A DNA stretch of 57,821 nucleotides from Betaproteobacteria bacterium (GTDB taxonomy: Bacteria > Pseudomonadota > Gammaproteobacteria > Burkholderiales > JACQAP01), in assembly GCA_031406075.1 (NCBI GenBank), contig JANOGP010000215.1, positions 1 to 57,821 of the forward strand, given 5' to 3'. The position numbers were made by a program, and so were the translations under genes. Shown here piece after piece: positions 41,298 through 53,685 of the stretch (position 1 is the first letter of the stretch; the number at the start of each line of letters is the position of its first letter). The notes beneath the pieces are model-generated. The model was not told the DNA's origin. It did no database searches and was given only the letters and a program-made list of their open reading frames with translations.

Positions 41298-42479
41298 TCA
41301 ATGGGCAACGGTTTCAAGTTTTTGCATCGCCGTGCGGCGCGCAAGTGCATCGGCGGCCAGCACGTCTTCCAGCGACTGCACCGGGGCCGCCGCCACGCGC
41401 TGCAGCACCTCTTCCACCAGCTCAGGGATGCGGTCGAACGGAAGCCTGCGTTCGAGGAAGCTTGCCACTGCGACCTCGTTCGCGGCGTTGAGCAGGATCG
41501 GCGCGCTGCCGCCCGCCTGCAGCGCCCGATATGCCAGCCTCAGGCAGGGGAAGCGGTCCAGATCCGGGCGTTCGAAGCCGAGCGAGGCGACCGCAAACAG
41601 ATCGAGCGCCTCCACGCCCGGATCGATGCGCTCCGGATACGCGAGCGCGTGGGCGATCGGGGTGCGCATGTCCGGATTGCCGAGTTGCGCAAGCACGGAA
41701 CCGTCCACGTACTCGACCAGCGAATGCACGATGCTCTGCGGATGTATGACCACTTCGATCTGCGCTGGTTTCGCCCCGAACAGGAAACTCGCCTCGATCA
41801 CTTCCAGTCCCTTGTTCATCAATGTGGCCGAGTCTACCGAGATCTTGCGGCCCATGACCCAGTTGGGATGCGCGCACGCCTGCTCGGGCGTGACCTGCGC
41901 CAGTTGCCCGGGCGCCGTGCGCAGGAACGGCCCGCCCGACGCGGTGAGCCACAGGCGTTTGACACCGGCGCGGCCGAAGTCGCCGTCGAACCCGCGCGGC
42001 AACGCCTGGAAAATCGCGTTGTGCTCGCTGTCGATCGGCAGCAGCACCGCGCCGCTTGCCTGCACCGCGTCCATCAGCAGCGCGCCGGCCATGACCAGCG
42101 CCTCCTTGTTGGCGAGCAGGAGCTGCTTGCCGGCACGCGCCGCCGCCAGCGTCGAGGGCAAACCGGGAGAACCAACGATCGCCGCCATCACTGCGTCGAC
42201 CTCGGGCGCCGCGGCAATGCGCGCCAGCGCCGCCTCGCCCGCAAGCACTTCACATTTCAATCCGGCTGCGCGCACCTTGGCGCGTAGTTGTTCCGCGGCC
42301 GCGGCGTCCGCCATCGCGGCATATTTCGGCCGGAACTTGAGGCATTGCGCCAGTAGCCGGTCCACCTGGCGATCGGCGGATAACGCCGTCACTTCGAAAC
42401 GATCGGGGTGACGCTCCACCACCGCCAGCGTATTGGCGCCGATGCTGCCGGTGGATCCGAGAATGGCAAGGCGCTTCAT
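41298..42479 (-). CDS. dxr: 1-deoxy-D-xylulose-5-phosphate reductoisomerase
   Basis: [18 protein letters not shown].. The ATG overlaps the cdsA stop (ATGA). 393 aa. Confidence 0.95.
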   Translation of the reverse strand: MKRLAILGSTGSIGANTLAVVERHPDRFEVTALSADRQVDRLLAQCLKFRPKYAAMADAAAAEQLRAKVRAAGLKCEVLAGEAALARIAAAPEVDAVMAAIVGSPGLPSTLAAARAGKQLLLANKEALVMAGALLMDAVQASGAVLLPIDSEHNAIFQALPRGFDGDFGRAGVKRLWLTASGGPFLRTAPGQLAQVTPEQACAHPNWVMGRKISVDSATLMNKGLEVIEASFLFGAKPAQIEVVIHPQSIVHSLVEYVDGSVLAQLGNPDMRTPIAHALAYPERIDPGVEALDLFAVASLGFERPDLDRFPCLRLAYRALQAGGSAPILLNAANEVAVASFLERRLPFDRIPELVEEVLQRVAAAPVQSLEDVLAADALARRTAMQKLETVAH

Positions 42480-43300
42480 GCTGACCACGCCGCCTGGATG
42501 AAATACAGCGCGGCGAACGGCAAAGCCGCCGTCAGGCTGTCGATGCGGTCGAGCACGCCGCCGTGCCCGGGGAGCAATTGGCCGCTGTCCTTGGCGCCGG
42601 CCTGCCGCTTGATCCACGACTCGAACAGGTCGCCGACGATGCCGAACGCGGTGAGCACGCACGCGAACAGCAGAACAGCGAGTCGATCGTAGCCATTTGC
42701 GGACGGCTGCAGGATCAGACTTGCCGCCAGCGCATAGCCCAGCACCGCTATGTAGGCGCCGATGACGCCTTCCCAGGTTTTTCCGGGGCTGATATTCGGC
42801 GCCAGCTTGTTGCGCCCGAAACGGTGGCCCGCGAAATACGCCGCGGTATCGGCGATCCACACCACCCCGAGAACGACCAGCAGCAACCACGCCGACTGCT
42901 GCAACCGCACCACTGCCAGCCAGGCCGGGACCAGCACGATCCATCCCGCCGCGGCAAGCAGCAAAGGATGCGACACTCGCCACATGCTATAGAGCCAGAC
43001 CGGCACCGCGATCGCCCAGAACAGCAGGGCGAGCACGAACAGCCCCGTCGCAATATTCATTGCCAGGCCCGGCCGCGCACCGGCCGCAATCGCAATCAGC
43101 AGCACGCAACTGGCCAGCACCGCGGCGGCGAATAACGCGCGGGCGCGGCGCCGGTACCCGGCGAGAGTCGACCACTCGAGCGCGGCGAGCACCGTGGGAA
43201 CGGTCATCAGCAGCGCCCAAACGAAATTGGGAAGCAGAAAAATGCAGGCAAGCAGCAGGGGCAGAACCACCGCCACGGTGAGCAGGCGCTGCTTGAGCAT
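42476..43300 (-). CDS. cdsA: Phosphatidate cytidylyltransferase
   Basis: Polytopic membrane protein starting [16 protein letters not shown].., with C-terminal ..SW.KR..G.KDSG.LLPGHGG.LDR.DS signature. Confidence 0.9.
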   Translation of the reverse strand: MLKQRLLTVAVVLPLLLACIFLLPNFVWALLMTVPTVLAALEWSTLAGYRRRARALFAAAVLASCVLLIAIAAGARPGLAMNIATGLFVLALLFWAIAVPVWLYSMWRVSHPLLLAAAGWIVLVPAWLAVVRLQQSAWLLLVVLGVVWIADTAAYFAGHRFGRNKLAPNISPGKTWEGVIGAYIAVLGYALAASLILQPSANGYDRLAVLLFACVLTAFGIVGDLFESWIKRQAGAKDSGQLLPGHGGVLDRIDSLTAALPFAALYFIQAAWSA

Positions 43301-43340
43301 CGGTCGGGGCGCTGCGACGGAAATTCCCGCCGCAGCCGGA

Positions 43341-44132
43341 TCAGCGCGAGTCCCCAACGGTTCCACGCGCGGTTTCGGCCGGCGCAGACTTCGTGCCGAG
43401 TTGTTCGCTGGTGCGGCCGAACCGGCGTTCCCGGCTGCGGTAGGAGTCAATAGCGCGGGCCAGCGCCATTGCGTCGAAATCCGGCCACAACTCATCGGTG
43501 AAGTAAAACTCGGTATAGGCCAACTGCCACAGCAGGAAGTTGCTTATGCGCTGCTCGCCGCCGGTACGGATGAACAGATCCGGCTCGGGCGCGTAGCTCA
43601 TCGACAGGTGCGGGGCAAAATGAGCCTCGCGGTACGCATCCGGTGGATTTGGCAGTTCCCGCACCATGCGATTTACCGCCTGCAGGATATCCCAGCGCCC
43701 GCCGTAGTTGGCGGCAATGGTGAGCGTGAGCCGGTCGTTCGCGGCAGTGAGTTGCTCCGCAGTGTCGATAAGCGTTCTCAGGCGCGGCTCAAAGCTGGAC
43801 AGGTCGCCCACTACCCTCAGGCGGATGCGGTTGGCGTGGAGCTTGCTCACTTCCTGTTCGAGCGCCATCACGAACAACTCCATCAGAAACGAGACTTCGT
43901 CCTGCGGACGGCGCCAGTTCTCGCTGCTGAACGCAAACAACGTCAGGTACTCGACGCCGCATTCGACGCAGGCCTTGGTCGTCGCGCGCACCGCCTCCAG
44001 CCCGCGGCGATGACCTGCCACGCGTGGCAGGAAGCGCTTTTTCGCCCAGCGGCCGTTGCCATCCATGATGATGGCGATATGGCGCGGGACGGCGCGCACT
44101 TCAGGCACGGCAATGGTGGCGCTGTTGAACAC
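43341..44132 (-). CDS. uppS: Isoprenyl transferase (undecaprenyl-diphosphate synthase)
   Basis: ..[15 protein letters not shown].. and ..FSSENW.RP..EV..LM.. motifs. Confidence 0.93.
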   Translation of the reverse strand: MFNSATIAVPEVRAVPRHIAIIMDGNGRWAKKRFLPRVAGHRRGLEAVRATTKACVECGVEYLTLFAFSSENWRRPQDEVSFLMELFVMALEQEVSKLHANRIRLRVVGDLSSFEPRLRTLIDTAEQLTAANDRLTLTIAANYGGRWDILQAVNRMVRELPNPPDAYREAHFAPHLSMSYAPEPDLFIRTGGEQRISNFLLWQLAYTEFYFTDELWPDFDAMALARAIDSYRSRERRFGRTSEQLGTKSAPAETARGTVGDSR

Positions 44133-44138
44133 GGTTAG

Positions 44139-44378
44139 CCTGGATAATTCATGAGGGACTCGGGATGATGGCGAGCCAAGTTCCGAGACAGTTGCGGCTC
44201 GACTGCGGCAGCCGATAGATCACTCTATCGACCAGGCAGGTATGCCGCAAATGGCCGGAAATCGGCCGCCAGCACCCGAGTAGCCCGACGCGACACACTG
44301 TACCGCGCAAAAGCTTGCTCATGGACACGGCACGCCAGCGCTTATCCGCACACGGGGCGTCTTCATGAATTATCCAGG
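44139..44378. mobile_element. MITE-like 240-bp insert with perfect 16-bp terminal inverted repeats
   Basis: CCTGGATAATTCATGA at 44139..44154 and its exact reverse complement TCATGAATTATCCAGG at 44363..44378. No coding capacity. Fills nearly all of the frr-uppS gap. The flanks contain TTA on both sides, offset by 1 nt. Confidence 0.45.
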
Positions 44379-44383
44379 TTACG

Positions 44384-44944
44384 TCAGACCGCCATCAGGT
44401 CAGCTTCTTTGGCCGCCAGGGCCTTGTCGATCTCGGCAACGTAGCGGTCGGTGAGCTTTTGAATGTCTTCCTGGGCGCGGCGTTCGTCGTCTTCCGACAC
44501 CGCCTTGCGCTTGAGCAGCTCTTTGAGCGCGGTATTGGCGTCGCGGCGGATGTTGCGCACCGCCACCCGTGCATTCTCCGCTTCGCCCTTGACGACCTTG
44601 GTCAGGTCGCGGCGGCGTTCTTCGGTCAGTGCGGGCATCGGCACCCGCACCGTTTCCCCCATGGTCGCCGGATTCAGCCCCAGATCGGCGTCGCGGATCG
44701 CCTTGTCGATCACCGCAACCATTTTCTTTTCCCATGGCGTGACGCTAATGGTGCGCGCATCGATCAACGACACGTTCGCCACCTGGTTCAGCGGCGTGGG
44801 ATTGCCATAGTAGTCGACCTGGATGTGGTCAAGAATGCCGGTGTGGGCGCGTCCGGTGCGAATCTTGCCGAGATCGGCCTTGAGTGTATCCAGCGTCTTC
44901 TGCATCTTCTGATCCGCGGACTTCTTCACGTCTGCAATTGTCAT
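44384..44944 (-). CDS. frr: Ribosome recycling factor
   Basis: 186 aa, typical Frr sequence and synteny. Confidence 0.96.
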   Translation of the reverse strand: MTIADVKKSADQKMQKTLDTLKADLGKIRTGRAHTGILDHIQVDYYGNPTPLNQVANVSLIDARTISVTPWEKKMVAVIDKAIRDADLGLNPATMGETVRVPMPALTEERRRDLTKVVKGEAENARVAVRNIRRDANTALKELLKRKAVSEDDERRAQEDIQKLTDRYVAEIDKALAAKEADLMAV

Positions 44945-44963
44945 GGGCTCCTCCTTCAGCTTC

Positions 44964-45677
44964 TCAGGCGTGGACCAGCGTGCCTTCGTCTTCGCCGAGC
45001 ACCACCCGCTTGAGCGCGCCCGCCTTGAAGATGCTGAACACGCAGATCGGCAGCTTCTGGTCGCGGCACAAAGTCAGCGCGGTGGCATCCATCACCATGA
45101 GCTTCTTGACAATGGCCTCGTCGAAGCTGACGCGCTGGTAACGCATCGCGTCCGGATGGGTCTTGGGATCGTCGGTATAGACCCCGTCCACCTTGGTGGC
45201 TTTCACCACAATGTCCACGTTCATTTCCATGCCGCGCAGCGCTGCCGCCGTATCGGTCGTAAAGAACGGGTTGCCCGTGCCGGCAGCGAAGATGACCACG
45301 CGGCCTTCTTCCAGATAACGCATGGCCTTGCCGCGGATATAAGGTTCGGCGACCTGCTCGATGTTGATCGCGGACTGCACGCGGCTCTTCAGTCCCTGCC
45401 TGCGCATCGCATCCTGCAGCGCCAAGGCGTTCATTACCGTGGCCAGCATCCCCATGTAATCCGCCGTGGCGCGGTCCATGCCGGCCGCCGCCGGCGCCAT
45501 GCCGCGAAAGATGTTGCCGCCGCCGATGACCACGCCGACCTCGACCCCGAGCTCCACCACTTCCTTGACTTCCGAAACGATGCGGTCGATGGTCTCGCGA
45601 TTGACCCCATAGGCATCATCGCCCATCAGGGCCTCGCCTGAAAGCTTGAGCAGGATGCGCTTGTAGGCTGGCTTCAT
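44964..45677 (-). CDS. pyrH: UMP kinase
   Basis: [19 protein letters not shown].. 237 aa. Confidence 0.96.
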   Translation of the reverse strand: MKPAYKRILLKLSGEALMGDDAYGVNRETIDRIVSEVKEVVELGVEVGVVIGGGNIFRGMAPAAAGMDRATADYMGMLATVMNALALQDAMRRQGLKSRVQSAINIEQVAEPYIRGKAMRYLEEGRVVIFAAGTGNPFFTTDTAAALRGMEMNVDIVVKATKVDGVYTDDPKTHPDAMRYQRVSFDEAIVKKLMVMDATALTLCRDQKLPICVFSIFKAGALKRVVLGEDEGTLVHA

Positions 45678-45697
45678 TGCGCCGCGGCGGGTCCGGA

Positions 45698-46582
45698 TCA
45701 GCGCGCCTGGGCGGCCTGCGCCATCACTTCGGCAGCGAAATCGGCTGCCTTTTTCTCGATGCCCTCGCCGACGATGAACAGCGTGAACGCATGTACTTTT
45801 GCCCCTTTGGCCGCCAGCAGTTTGTCCACGGTGGTCTTGTCGTCCTTGACGAAAGGCTGGCCCAGCAAAGTGACCTCGGAAAGATACTTCTGCACGCTGC
45901 CCTCGACGATTTTTTCGACGAGGTTGGCCGGCTTGCCCGATTCCAGCGCCCTTGCCCTGGCGATCTCGCCTTCGCGCGCGATCAGTTCCGCCGGGACCTG
46001 ATCCCGCGACACGGACATGGGCTTGGAAGCCGCGACGTGCATCGCCAGGTCCTTGCCGAGCGTCTCATCGCCGCCCTCCAGGTCGACCATCACGCCGATC
46101 CTGGTGCCATGCAAATAGTGCGCGAGCCTGCCGCTGGCCTTGTGCACCGCCGCCCTGCGCACACTGATGTTCTCGCCGAGCTTCATCACCAGCGCCTGGC
46201 GTGTCGCCTCGACGCTCTCACCCGAGGCAAGCCGTGACTGCGCCAGCGCGTCGACATCGGTGACGTTTCCCGCCGCCGCCAGTTCCGCCACCGCTTTTGC
46301 AAACGCGGCGAAGTGCTGATCCTTGGCGACGAAGTCGGTTTCGCAGTTGACTTCGACCAGCGCTCCCAGCGTGCGGTCGCCCGACAAGTGAATGCCGATC
46401 GTGCCTTCGGCCGCAATCCGGCCGGCGACCTTGCTCGCCTTCGCGCCGCTTCTGATGCGCAACAGGTCCTCGGCCTTGTTCATCTCGCCGCCCGCCTCTT
46501 CCAGCGCCTTCTTGCATTCCATCATGCCGAGCCCGGTGCGGCCGCGCAGTTCCTTGACCATGCTTGCGGTGATTTCCGCCAT
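45698..46582 (-). CDS. tsf: Translation elongation factor Ts
   Basis: [27 protein letters not shown].. Confidence 0.96.
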   Translation of the reverse strand: MAEITASMVKELRGRTGLGMMECKKALEEAGGEMNKAEDLLRIRSGAKASKVAGRIAAEGTIGIHLSGDRTLGALVEVNCETDFVAKDQHFAAFAKAVAELAAAGNVTDVDALAQSRLASGESVEATRQALVMKLGENISVRRAAVHKASGRLAHYLHGTRIGVMVDLEGGDETLGKDLAMHVAASKPMSVSRDQVPAELIAREGEIARARALESGKPANLVEKIVEGSVQKYLSEVTLLGQPFVKDDKTTVDKLLAAKGAKVHAFTLFIVGEGIEKKAADFAAEVMAQAAQAR

Positions 46583-46643
46583 TCTCAATTGCTCCTGGTC
46601 CTTCGTTGCGCCCGTCATGCGCGCGGTTTTTCGATCTTCGGTT

Positions 46644-46671
46644 AAAAAAAAAGGGCGTTCGCCCTTTTTTT
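46644..46671 (-). terminator. Intrinsic terminator or attenuator hairpin between rpsB and tsf (symmetrical A-run/T-run, potentially bidirectional)
   Basis: AAAAAAAAAGGGCGTTCGCCCTTTTTTT: a 6-bp GC-rich stem with a tetraloop, flanked by A9 and T7 runs. Confidence 0.6.
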
Positions 46672-46684
46672 CGGACTGCCCCGG

Positions 46685-47431
46685 TCAGGCCGGCGCCTGT
46701 TCCTCCGAACTGTCCACCTCCACGAATTCGTCGCTGACGATCTGCTGGACGACTTGGCTGCGTCCCTCGAGGATCGCATCAGCGATGCCGCGTACGTACA
46801 AGCGCACCGCGCGGCTGGCATCGTCGTTGCCCGGAATTACGTAGTCGACGCCGTCCGGGGAATGGTTGGTGTCCACCACCCCGACCACCGGGATCCCGAG
46901 TTTGTTGGCTTCGGTGACCGCGCCCTTCTGGTAACCCACGTCCACCACGAACAGCGCGTCCGGCAAGCCGTTCATTTCCTTGATGCCACCCAGACTGCGA
47001 TCGAGCTTGACCATCTCGCGCTGAAAATTGAGCTGTTCTTTCTTCGACAGTTTTTCGATCGAGCCATCCTGCACCATCTGCTCCATGTCGCGCAGGCGCT
47101 TTATCGATAGCTTCACCGTCTTGAAATTGGTGAGCATGCCGCCCAGCCAGCGATGATCGACGAAGGGCGTGCCGGCGCGCAGCGCTTCCTCGCGGATGAT
47201 TTCGCGCGCCTGGCGCTTGGTGCCGACGAACATGATGCTGCCCTTGTTCGAGGCCAGCTGGCGCACGAACTTCACCGCCTCCTGGTACATGGCCAGGGTC
47301 TTCTCAAGGTGGATGATGTGGATCTTGTTGCGATGGCCGAATATATACGGGGCCATCTTGGGATTCCAGTAACGGGTTTGGTGCCCGAAGTGAACTCCGG
47401 CTTCGAGCATCTCGCGCATGGTGACCGACAT
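46685..47431 (-). CDS. rpsB: 30S ribosomal protein S2
   Basis: [26 protein letters not shown].. Confidence 0.96.
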   Translation of the reverse strand: MSVTMREMLEAGVHFGHQTRYWNPKMAPYIFGHRNKIHIIHLEKTLAMYQEAVKFVRQLASNKGSIMFVGTKRQAREIIREEALRAGTPFVDHRWLGGMLTNFKTVKLSIKRLRDMEQMVQDGSIEKLSKKEQLNFQREMVKLDRSLGGIKEMNGLPDALFVVDVGYQKGAVTEANKLGIPVVGVVDTNHSPDGVDYVIPGNDDASRAVRLYVRGIADAILEGRSQVVQQIVSDEFVEVDSSEEQAPA

Positions 47432-47597
47432 GAACTTCTCCTGTAAGGGTTGAGCCTCCGCTCGCCGGAACCCGATAGTCGGGCACCCTTCCAATCCGGC
47501 AGAGCCGGATTTTTTTATCGTTGCGTCCGGCATGACCGGACGCAAACTGGCAAGCGTGCGAATTACCCCGATCAAAACGACCGGGGCTAACAGAAAA

Positions 47598-47626
47598 TTA
47601 TATCAGCGCGACCCCACCTGCCTCAA
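47598..47626 (-). promoter_or_regulatory. Candidate sigma-70 promoter of rpsB (TTGAGG, 17 nt spacer, TATAAT)
   Basis: Minus-strand TTGAGG (47626..47621) and a perfect TATAAT (47603..47598), about 165 nt upstream of the rpsB ATG. Confidence 0.4.
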
Positions 47627-47642
47627 GCATTTTTATGCGCAC

Positions 47643-48404
47643 TCAAGGGTTTACCGCCTCGCCCGAGGCGCTATGACGCTGCCGCCGCGCTTCGTACAGA
47701 AAGATGCCCGCCGCCACCGACACATTCAGGCTTTCCACCTGGCCCAGCATTGGGATCGCAATCAACTCGTCGCAAGTCTCGCGCGTGAGCCGTCGCAGAC
47801 CATCTCCCTCGGCGCCGAGCACCAGCGCCAGCGAACCGGAAAGCCTCGCTTCGAACAGTGCCGTGGCGCCAGTGTCGGCCGCGCCGAGTACCCATATTCC
47901 CTTATCTTTCAGGTCCCTGAGCGCACGTGCCAGATTGGTGACGACGATGAACGGCACGCTATCCGCCGCTCCTGAAGCGACCTTGTGGACGGTGGCGTTG
48001 AGGCCGACCGCCCGGTCTTTGGGTGCAATCACCGCATGCGCCCCCATCGCGTCCGCGACCCGCAGGCAGGCGCCCAGGTTGTGCGGATCCTGCACCCCGT
48101 CTAGGACCAGTAGCAACGGCGGCTCGGCCGCGCTTTCCAGCACCTCTTCCAGCGATTCGGCTACGCTCGATTCCTCGACAAAAGCGACCACGCCCTGGTG
48201 CCGCGAGCCTTTCGCCAGGCCATCGAGGCGCGCCGCGTCCGCATGGTGAACGCGCACACCGCCGGCCTTTGCCAGATCTGCCACCCTGCGGGCGCGCGTA
48301 TCATTACGGCCGAAATCCAGATACACCTCAATCACAGCCTCCGGCCGGCGCTTGAGCGCGGCAGTGACGGCGTGCAGCCCGTGGATCGCCCGCCTGCCGC
48401 TCAT
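47643..48404 (-). CDS. rlmB: 23S rRNA (guanosine-2'-O)-methyltransferase RlmB (SpoU/TrmH family)
   Basis: 253 aa from the ATG that overlaps the rnr stop (ATGA). ..HGLHAV.. N-terminal domain and SpoU motifs (..LVLD.V.DP.N.GA..R.A.., ..LV.G.EG.G.R.., ..IPM.G...SLNVS.A..I..YE). rnr-rlmB synteny. Confidence 0.88.
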   Translation of the reverse strand: MSGRRAIHGLHAVTAALKRRPEAVIEVYLDFGRNDTRARRVADLAKAGGVRVHHADAARLDGLAKGSRHQGVVAFVEESSVAESLEEVLESAAEPPLLLVLDGVQDPHNLGACLRVADAMGAHAVIAPKDRAVGLNATVHKVASGAADSVPFIVVTNLARALRDLKDKGIWVLGAADTGATALFEARLSGSLALVLGAEGDGLRRLTRETCDELIAIPMLGQVESLNVSVAAGIFLYEARRQRHSASGEAVNP

Positions 48405-50629
48405 TTGCCCTTCGTCTTCGATTCGTCGAGCACGAAATCGATCTTGCTGGTTTCGAGATCGACGCGCACCAGCTTTACAGAAACGCGGTCGCCGAGCCGG
48501 AAGCGCCTGCCGGTGCGCTCGCCGAGAAGCTGATGTTTGGCGGCGTCGAAATGGAAGTAATCGGACCCCAGTTCGGAAATGTGCACAAGGCCCTCGACAT
48601 ACACCTGGTCGAGCGCGACGAATACGCCGAAGCTGGTCACGCCGCTTACCGTGCCGGTAAAGCGCTCGGAAATGCGATCCTGCATGTAATAGCACTTGAG
48701 CCAGGCCTCGACATCACGGGTGGCCTCGTCGGCACCGCGTTCCGTCTCGGAACAATGCACGCCGATCTCCAGCCAGCCGCCCGGGTCGTAACGCTTGCCT
48801 TCCAGCACGGCCTTGATGGATCGATGGATGAGCAGGTCGGGATAACGACGGATCGGCGAAGTGAAATGGGTATAGGACTCGTAGGCCAACCCGAAATGGC
48901 CGACGTTTTCCGGGCTGTACATGGCCTGGCGCAGCGAACGCAGCATTACGGTCTGCAGCAGTTGCACGTCCGGGCGCGTCTTTATTTTTTCCAGCAAACG
49001 CGCGTAGTCCTTGGCCTGCGGCTCATCGCCGCCGGTGATCTGCAGCCCGAATTCGCGCAGAAACTCGCGCAGCGCCGCCAGCTTTTCCGGCGTCGGACCT
49101 TCGTGTACGCGGTACAGCGCCGGATGCTCGTTGTCCGCCAGAAAATCGGAGGCGCAGACGTTGGCGGCCAGCATGCATTCCTCGATCAGACGGTGGGCAT
49201 CGTTGCGCTGGGTAGGCACGATGCGTTCGATCTTGCCCTCCTTGTCGAAGAACATCTGAGTCTCGACGGTTTCGAAGTCGATTGCGCCGCGCAGCGCACG
49301 CGCCTTGGTGAGGCCCTGATAAAGCGCGTGCAACGACTGCAGATGGGAAACCAGTTGCCCCAGCTCGCCCGTGGCCTCGCCGTGCGGATTCTCGAGCACC
49401 TGTGCTACCTGGGTGTAGGTGAGCCTTGCGCGCGAATGCATTACCGCCGGATAGAAGCGGTAGGCCGCAATGTCGCCACGCGCCGAAACGTCCATTTCGC
49501 ATACCATGCACAGGCGGTCGACCTTCGGCATCAGCGAACACAGGCCGTTCGACAACACCTCGGGCAGCATCGGAATCACACGCCGCGGGAAGTACACCGA
49601 ATTTCCACGCAAGCGCGCCTCGAGGTCAATCGCATCGCCGTGGTTCACGTAGTCGCTGACATCGGCAATTGCCACCCATAGCTTGAATCCCTTGCCGCGC
49701 CGTTCGGCGTAGACCGCGTCGTCGAAATCCTTGGCGGTCTCGCCATCGATGGTAACCAGCGGCAGGTTACGCAGGTCGGCTCGCCCCTTCAGGTCCTTCT
49801 CGATCACGCCCGCGGGATATTTCGCGGCCGCCTTTTCGACCTCCCTGGAAAATTCATGCGGCAGGTCGTGCTTTCTCAGAGCGATCTCGATTTCCATCCC
49901 GGGATCGGCGTAATTGCCCAGTACCTCGACGATGCGGCCGATGGGACGCACGTGGGGCTTCGGTTGTTCGATGATCTCCGCCACAACGACCTGTCCGGGC
50001 TTCGCGCCCCCGGTGGCGCCGGCAGGGATGAGAATGTCCTGGCTGATGCGCCGGTCTTCCGGAGCCACCACGCCGATGCCATGTTCGTTAAGGAAACGGC
50101 CCACCACTTTCCGGTTGGCGCGCTCAAGCACCTCTACGATCTGGCCTTCGCGTCGGCCGCGCGCACTTACCCCGCCCTCGCGCGCAACCACCCGGTCGCC
50201 ATGCAGCACCTTGGACATTTCTCCAGGATTGAGGAAAAGGTCATCGCCGCGGTCGTCGCGGATTAGGAAACCGAACCCGTCCGGGTGGCCCTGCACCCGG
50301 CCGTTCACCAGGTCGAGCTTCTCCATCACGCAGATCGCATTCTTGCGGTTGCGCATGACCTGTCCGCTGCGCTCCATAGCCGCCAGCCGGCGCACGAACG
50401 GGTCCATTTCGTGTGGCGCGACTCCAAGCAGTTGCGCGAGCTTGTCCTCGGAAACGGGAACACCCTGCTCAAGCAGCACCTGGAGAATGTATTCGCGGCT
50501 GGGCAGCGGGTGTTCGTAACGCGACTGCTCGCGCTCGAGGTGCGGGTCGTTGCTGCGCACGTCTTTGCCGCGCGCGGGCGCGGCGGATTTCTTGTGACTG
50601 ATGATTTCGGTTTTCTTGTTTGTTTTCAT
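48401..50629 (-). CDS. rnr: Ribonuclease R
   Basis: 742 aa from the ATG at 50629. RNB domain motifs and a C-terminal S1 domain (..GTVSGVTSFGVFV..). Confidence 0.93.
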   Translation of the reverse strand: MKTNKKTEIISHKKSAAPARGKDVRSNDPHLEREQSRYEHPLPSREYILQVLLEQGVPVSEDKLAQLLGVAPHEMDPFVRRLAAMERSGQVMRNRKNAICVMEKLDLVNGRVQGHPDGFGFLIRDDRGDDLFLNPGEMSKVLHGDRVVAREGGVSARGRREGQIVEVLERANRKVVGRFLNEHGIGVVAPEDRRISQDILIPAGATGGAKPGQVVVAEIIEQPKPHVRPIGRIVEVLGNYADPGMEIEIALRKHDLPHEFSREVEKAAAKYPAGVIEKDLKGRADLRNLPLVTIDGETAKDFDDAVYAERRGKGFKLWVAIADVSDYVNHGDAIDLEARLRGNSVYFPRRVIPMLPEVLSNGLCSLMPKVDRLCMVCEMDVSARGDIAAYRFYPAVMHSRARLTYTQVAQVLENPHGEATGELGQLVSHLQSLHALYQGLTKARALRGAIDFETVETQMFFDKEGKIERIVPTQRNDAHRLIEECMLAANVCASDFLADNEHPALYRVHEGPTPEKLAALREFLREFGLQITGGDEPQAKDYARLLEKIKTRPDVQLLQTVMLRSLRQAMYSPENVGHFGLAYESYTHFTSPIRRYPDLLIHRSIKAVLEGKRYDPGGWLEIGVHCSETERGADEATRDVEAWLKCYYMQDRISERFTGTVSGVTSFGVFVALDQVYVEGLVHISELGSDYFHFDAAKHQLLGERTGRRFRLGDRVSVKLVRVDLETSKIDFVLDESKTKGK

Positions 50630-50662
50630 GGAAAGATTAGGGTTTGCAAAGCGCAAACTGCG

Positions 50663-50691
50663 TTGACAAGGCGGCGCTTTCGAATTACATT
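50663..50691 (+). promoter_or_regulatory. Candidate sigma-70 promoter of tRNA-Leu (TTGACA, 17 nt spacer, TACATT) with a GC-rich discriminator
   Basis: Consensus -35 TTGACA at 50663..50668 and TACATT at 50686..50691. The tRNA 5' end is 14 nt downstream and the intervening sequence (ctgcgccctcccgt) is GC-rich. Confidence 0.5.
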
Positions 50692-50705
50692 CTGCGCCCT
50701 CCCGT

Positions 50706-50792
50706 GCCGAGATGGCGGAATTGGTAGACGCACCAGGTTCAGGTCCTGGCGGTGGCAACACTGTGGAGGTTCGAGTCCTCTTCTCGGCACCA
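50706..50792 (+). tRNA. tRNA-Leu (anticodon CAG), type II with a long variable arm, encoded CCA
   Basis: Acceptor stem GCCGAGA/TCTCGGC, anticodon stem CCAGG/CCTGG with loop TTCAGGT, T-arm GGAGGTTCGAGTCCTC, discriminator A plus CCA. Confidence 0.93.
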
Positions 50793-50839
50793 GCCTGAAA
50801 TCCTTCCGCAATCCGCTGCGCAGACTCCCGCCGTCTTGT

Positions 50840-52174
<1,335 letters not shown>

Positions 52175-53335
52175 TCATTTCAGGGACTCGAGCTTCCATG
52201 CCCCGGCGCGCGACACCAGTTGCTGCTCGCACTCCAGCTCGGCGCGATTGGCTTCATGTCCCGGCAGTTCCACCACGACGATGATTCCGCCGGCGCGCAG
52301 CCGCGCCACCTCCGCCTGCAGGCTCGCGTCGCCGGGTCGGTATGGCGCAAGGACGCGCATCGGTTTCATGTCGCCGTTGCCCATGTCCGCCAGGTCGCGC
52401 AAATCCATGGTAAATCCGGTCGCCGGCCTGGCTCGGCCAAAGGCTCGCCCGACTTCGTCGTAGCGGCCGCCGCGGGCAATGGCCTCGGGACGCGCGCCGG
52501 CGTACGCGGCGTAAACCACGCCGCTGTGATAGTGGTAGCCGCGCAACTCGGCGAGATCGAAACACAGTTCCTTGACCTCGCCGCTGAGCTGTCTGCCGAT
52601 CGCTTCCAGCAGATCGAGGCAGGGGCCCAACTCCGGATAATCCGGCAGGCGTTGGCGCGCGGTCGCGAGCACTTCCGGCCCACCGTAAAGTTGGGGCAGA
52701 AGCAACAAGGCTTCACGCGTCCTGGCATCGAGACCCGCCGTCAGCTCGCGCAGCGCCGGCACATCCTTTGCCTGAAGCACCCGGAACAGGTCCGCGACCT
52801 GCTCCGGGGCAACGCAGGCGCGGGTCACCAAGGCGCGAAACACCGAAACATGTCCGAGGTCGAGATGAATGCCCGTCAAGCCCGCGGCCTGCAGTGCGCG
52901 CAGCATCAGCGTCTGAATCTCGATGTCGCTTTCAACACCGGCATGGCCGTAGAGCTCCGCGCCGATCTGCAGCGGTTCGCGGGTGCGCAGCAGCCCGGAA
53001 GGCTGCGTGTGCAGCACTGTGCCGGTGTAACAAAGACGGGTAACGCCCTGGCGGTTGAGCAAGTGCGCATCGATACGCGTGACCTGCGGCGTAATGTCGG
53101 CGCGCAATCCCAGCAGCCGTCCCGACAACTGGTCCACCAGCTTGAAGGTCCTGAGATCCAGATCGTGGCCGGTACCGGTGAGCAGCGAATCGAGGTACTC
53201 GAGCATGGGTGGGATCACCAACTCGTAGCCGTGGGAGAAGAACAGATCGAGGATGCGACGGCGCAACCTTTCCACCCGCGCCGCTTCGGCGGGCAGGATG
53301 TCCTCGATGTATTCAGGAAGCAGCCACTTTTGCAT
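52175..53335 (-). CDS. hisZ: ATP phosphoribosyltransferase regulatory subunit HisZ
   Basis: 386 aa, HisRS-like (..G..D.LP.EA...E.LRR.....F...GYE.V..P..E..). Synteny hflC-(DUF2065)-hisZ-purA. Confidence 0.88.
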   Translation of the reverse strand: MQKWLLPEYIEDILPAEAARVERLRRRILDLFFSHGYELVIPPMLEYLDSLLTGTGHDLDLRTFKLVDQLSGRLLGLRADITPQVTRIDAHLLNRQGVTRLCYTGTVLHTQPSGLLRTREPLQIGAELYGHAGVESDIEIQTLMLRALQAAGLTGIHLDLGHVSVFRALVTRACVAPEQVADLFRVLQAKDVPALRELTAGLDARTREALLLLPQLYGGPEVLATARQRLPDYPELGPCLDLLEAIGRQLSGEVKELCFDLAELRGYHYHSGVVYAAYAGARPEAIARGGRYDEVGRAFGRARPATGFTMDLRDLADMGNGDMKPMRVLAPYRPGDASLQAEVARLRAGGIIVVVELPGHEANRAELECEQQLVSRAGAWKLESLK

Positions 53336-53411
53336 GGTCGTTTGCAGGCAGACTATCGCGTTCCGGGCCCGCTGGCGGCGGCCGGCCAGTTTCCAAAGCG
53401 GCTATGTTCGG

Positions 53412-53606
53412 CTATTTCGTCAGGAAAAGCAGCAGCAGGCCGGCCAGCATCGAGGAAAGTCCGACGAACCGGATCTGGCCATCGGACATTTCGGTAAGTC
53501 GCCGGAACGCGTCCCTCCAGACAGCCGGGAGCAGGAATGGCAGCGCGCCTTCGATGATCAGCATCAACGCAACCGCCATCAGCAGGATGCCTGTATAGCC
53601 TTCCAT
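53412..53606 (-). CDS. DUF2065 (YjeT-like) small membrane protein
   Basis: MEGYTGILLMAVALMLIIEGALPFLLP..WR......L...SD.Q.R..GL.SM..GL.LL pattern. Position downstream of hflC matches E. coli yjeT. Confidence 0.7.
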   Translation of the reverse strand: MEGYTGILLMAVALMLIIEGALPFLLPAVWRDAFRRLTEMSDGQIRFVGLSSMLAGLLLLFLTK

Positions 53607-53685
53607 CCTCCCCTTTCCCGCCGCGAAAACGCCGCGCAACGCGCAACCGGCGAGACCAGCCCTTTGCGGGTCTCACGAATTGCGG

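Noticed and set aside
41298-42983. Long N-terminal extensions in the ORF track, for example dxr 561 aa, cdsA 339 aa, lpxB 435 aa, pyrG 621 aa, rlmB 350 aa, rnr 786 aa, hflK 443 aa and skp 335 aa.
   Set aside because: The extensions are Arg/Gly/Ala-rich read-through of upstream genes in other frames. The canonical N-termini start at internal ATG/GTG codons, often with 4-nt overlaps to the preceding stop.
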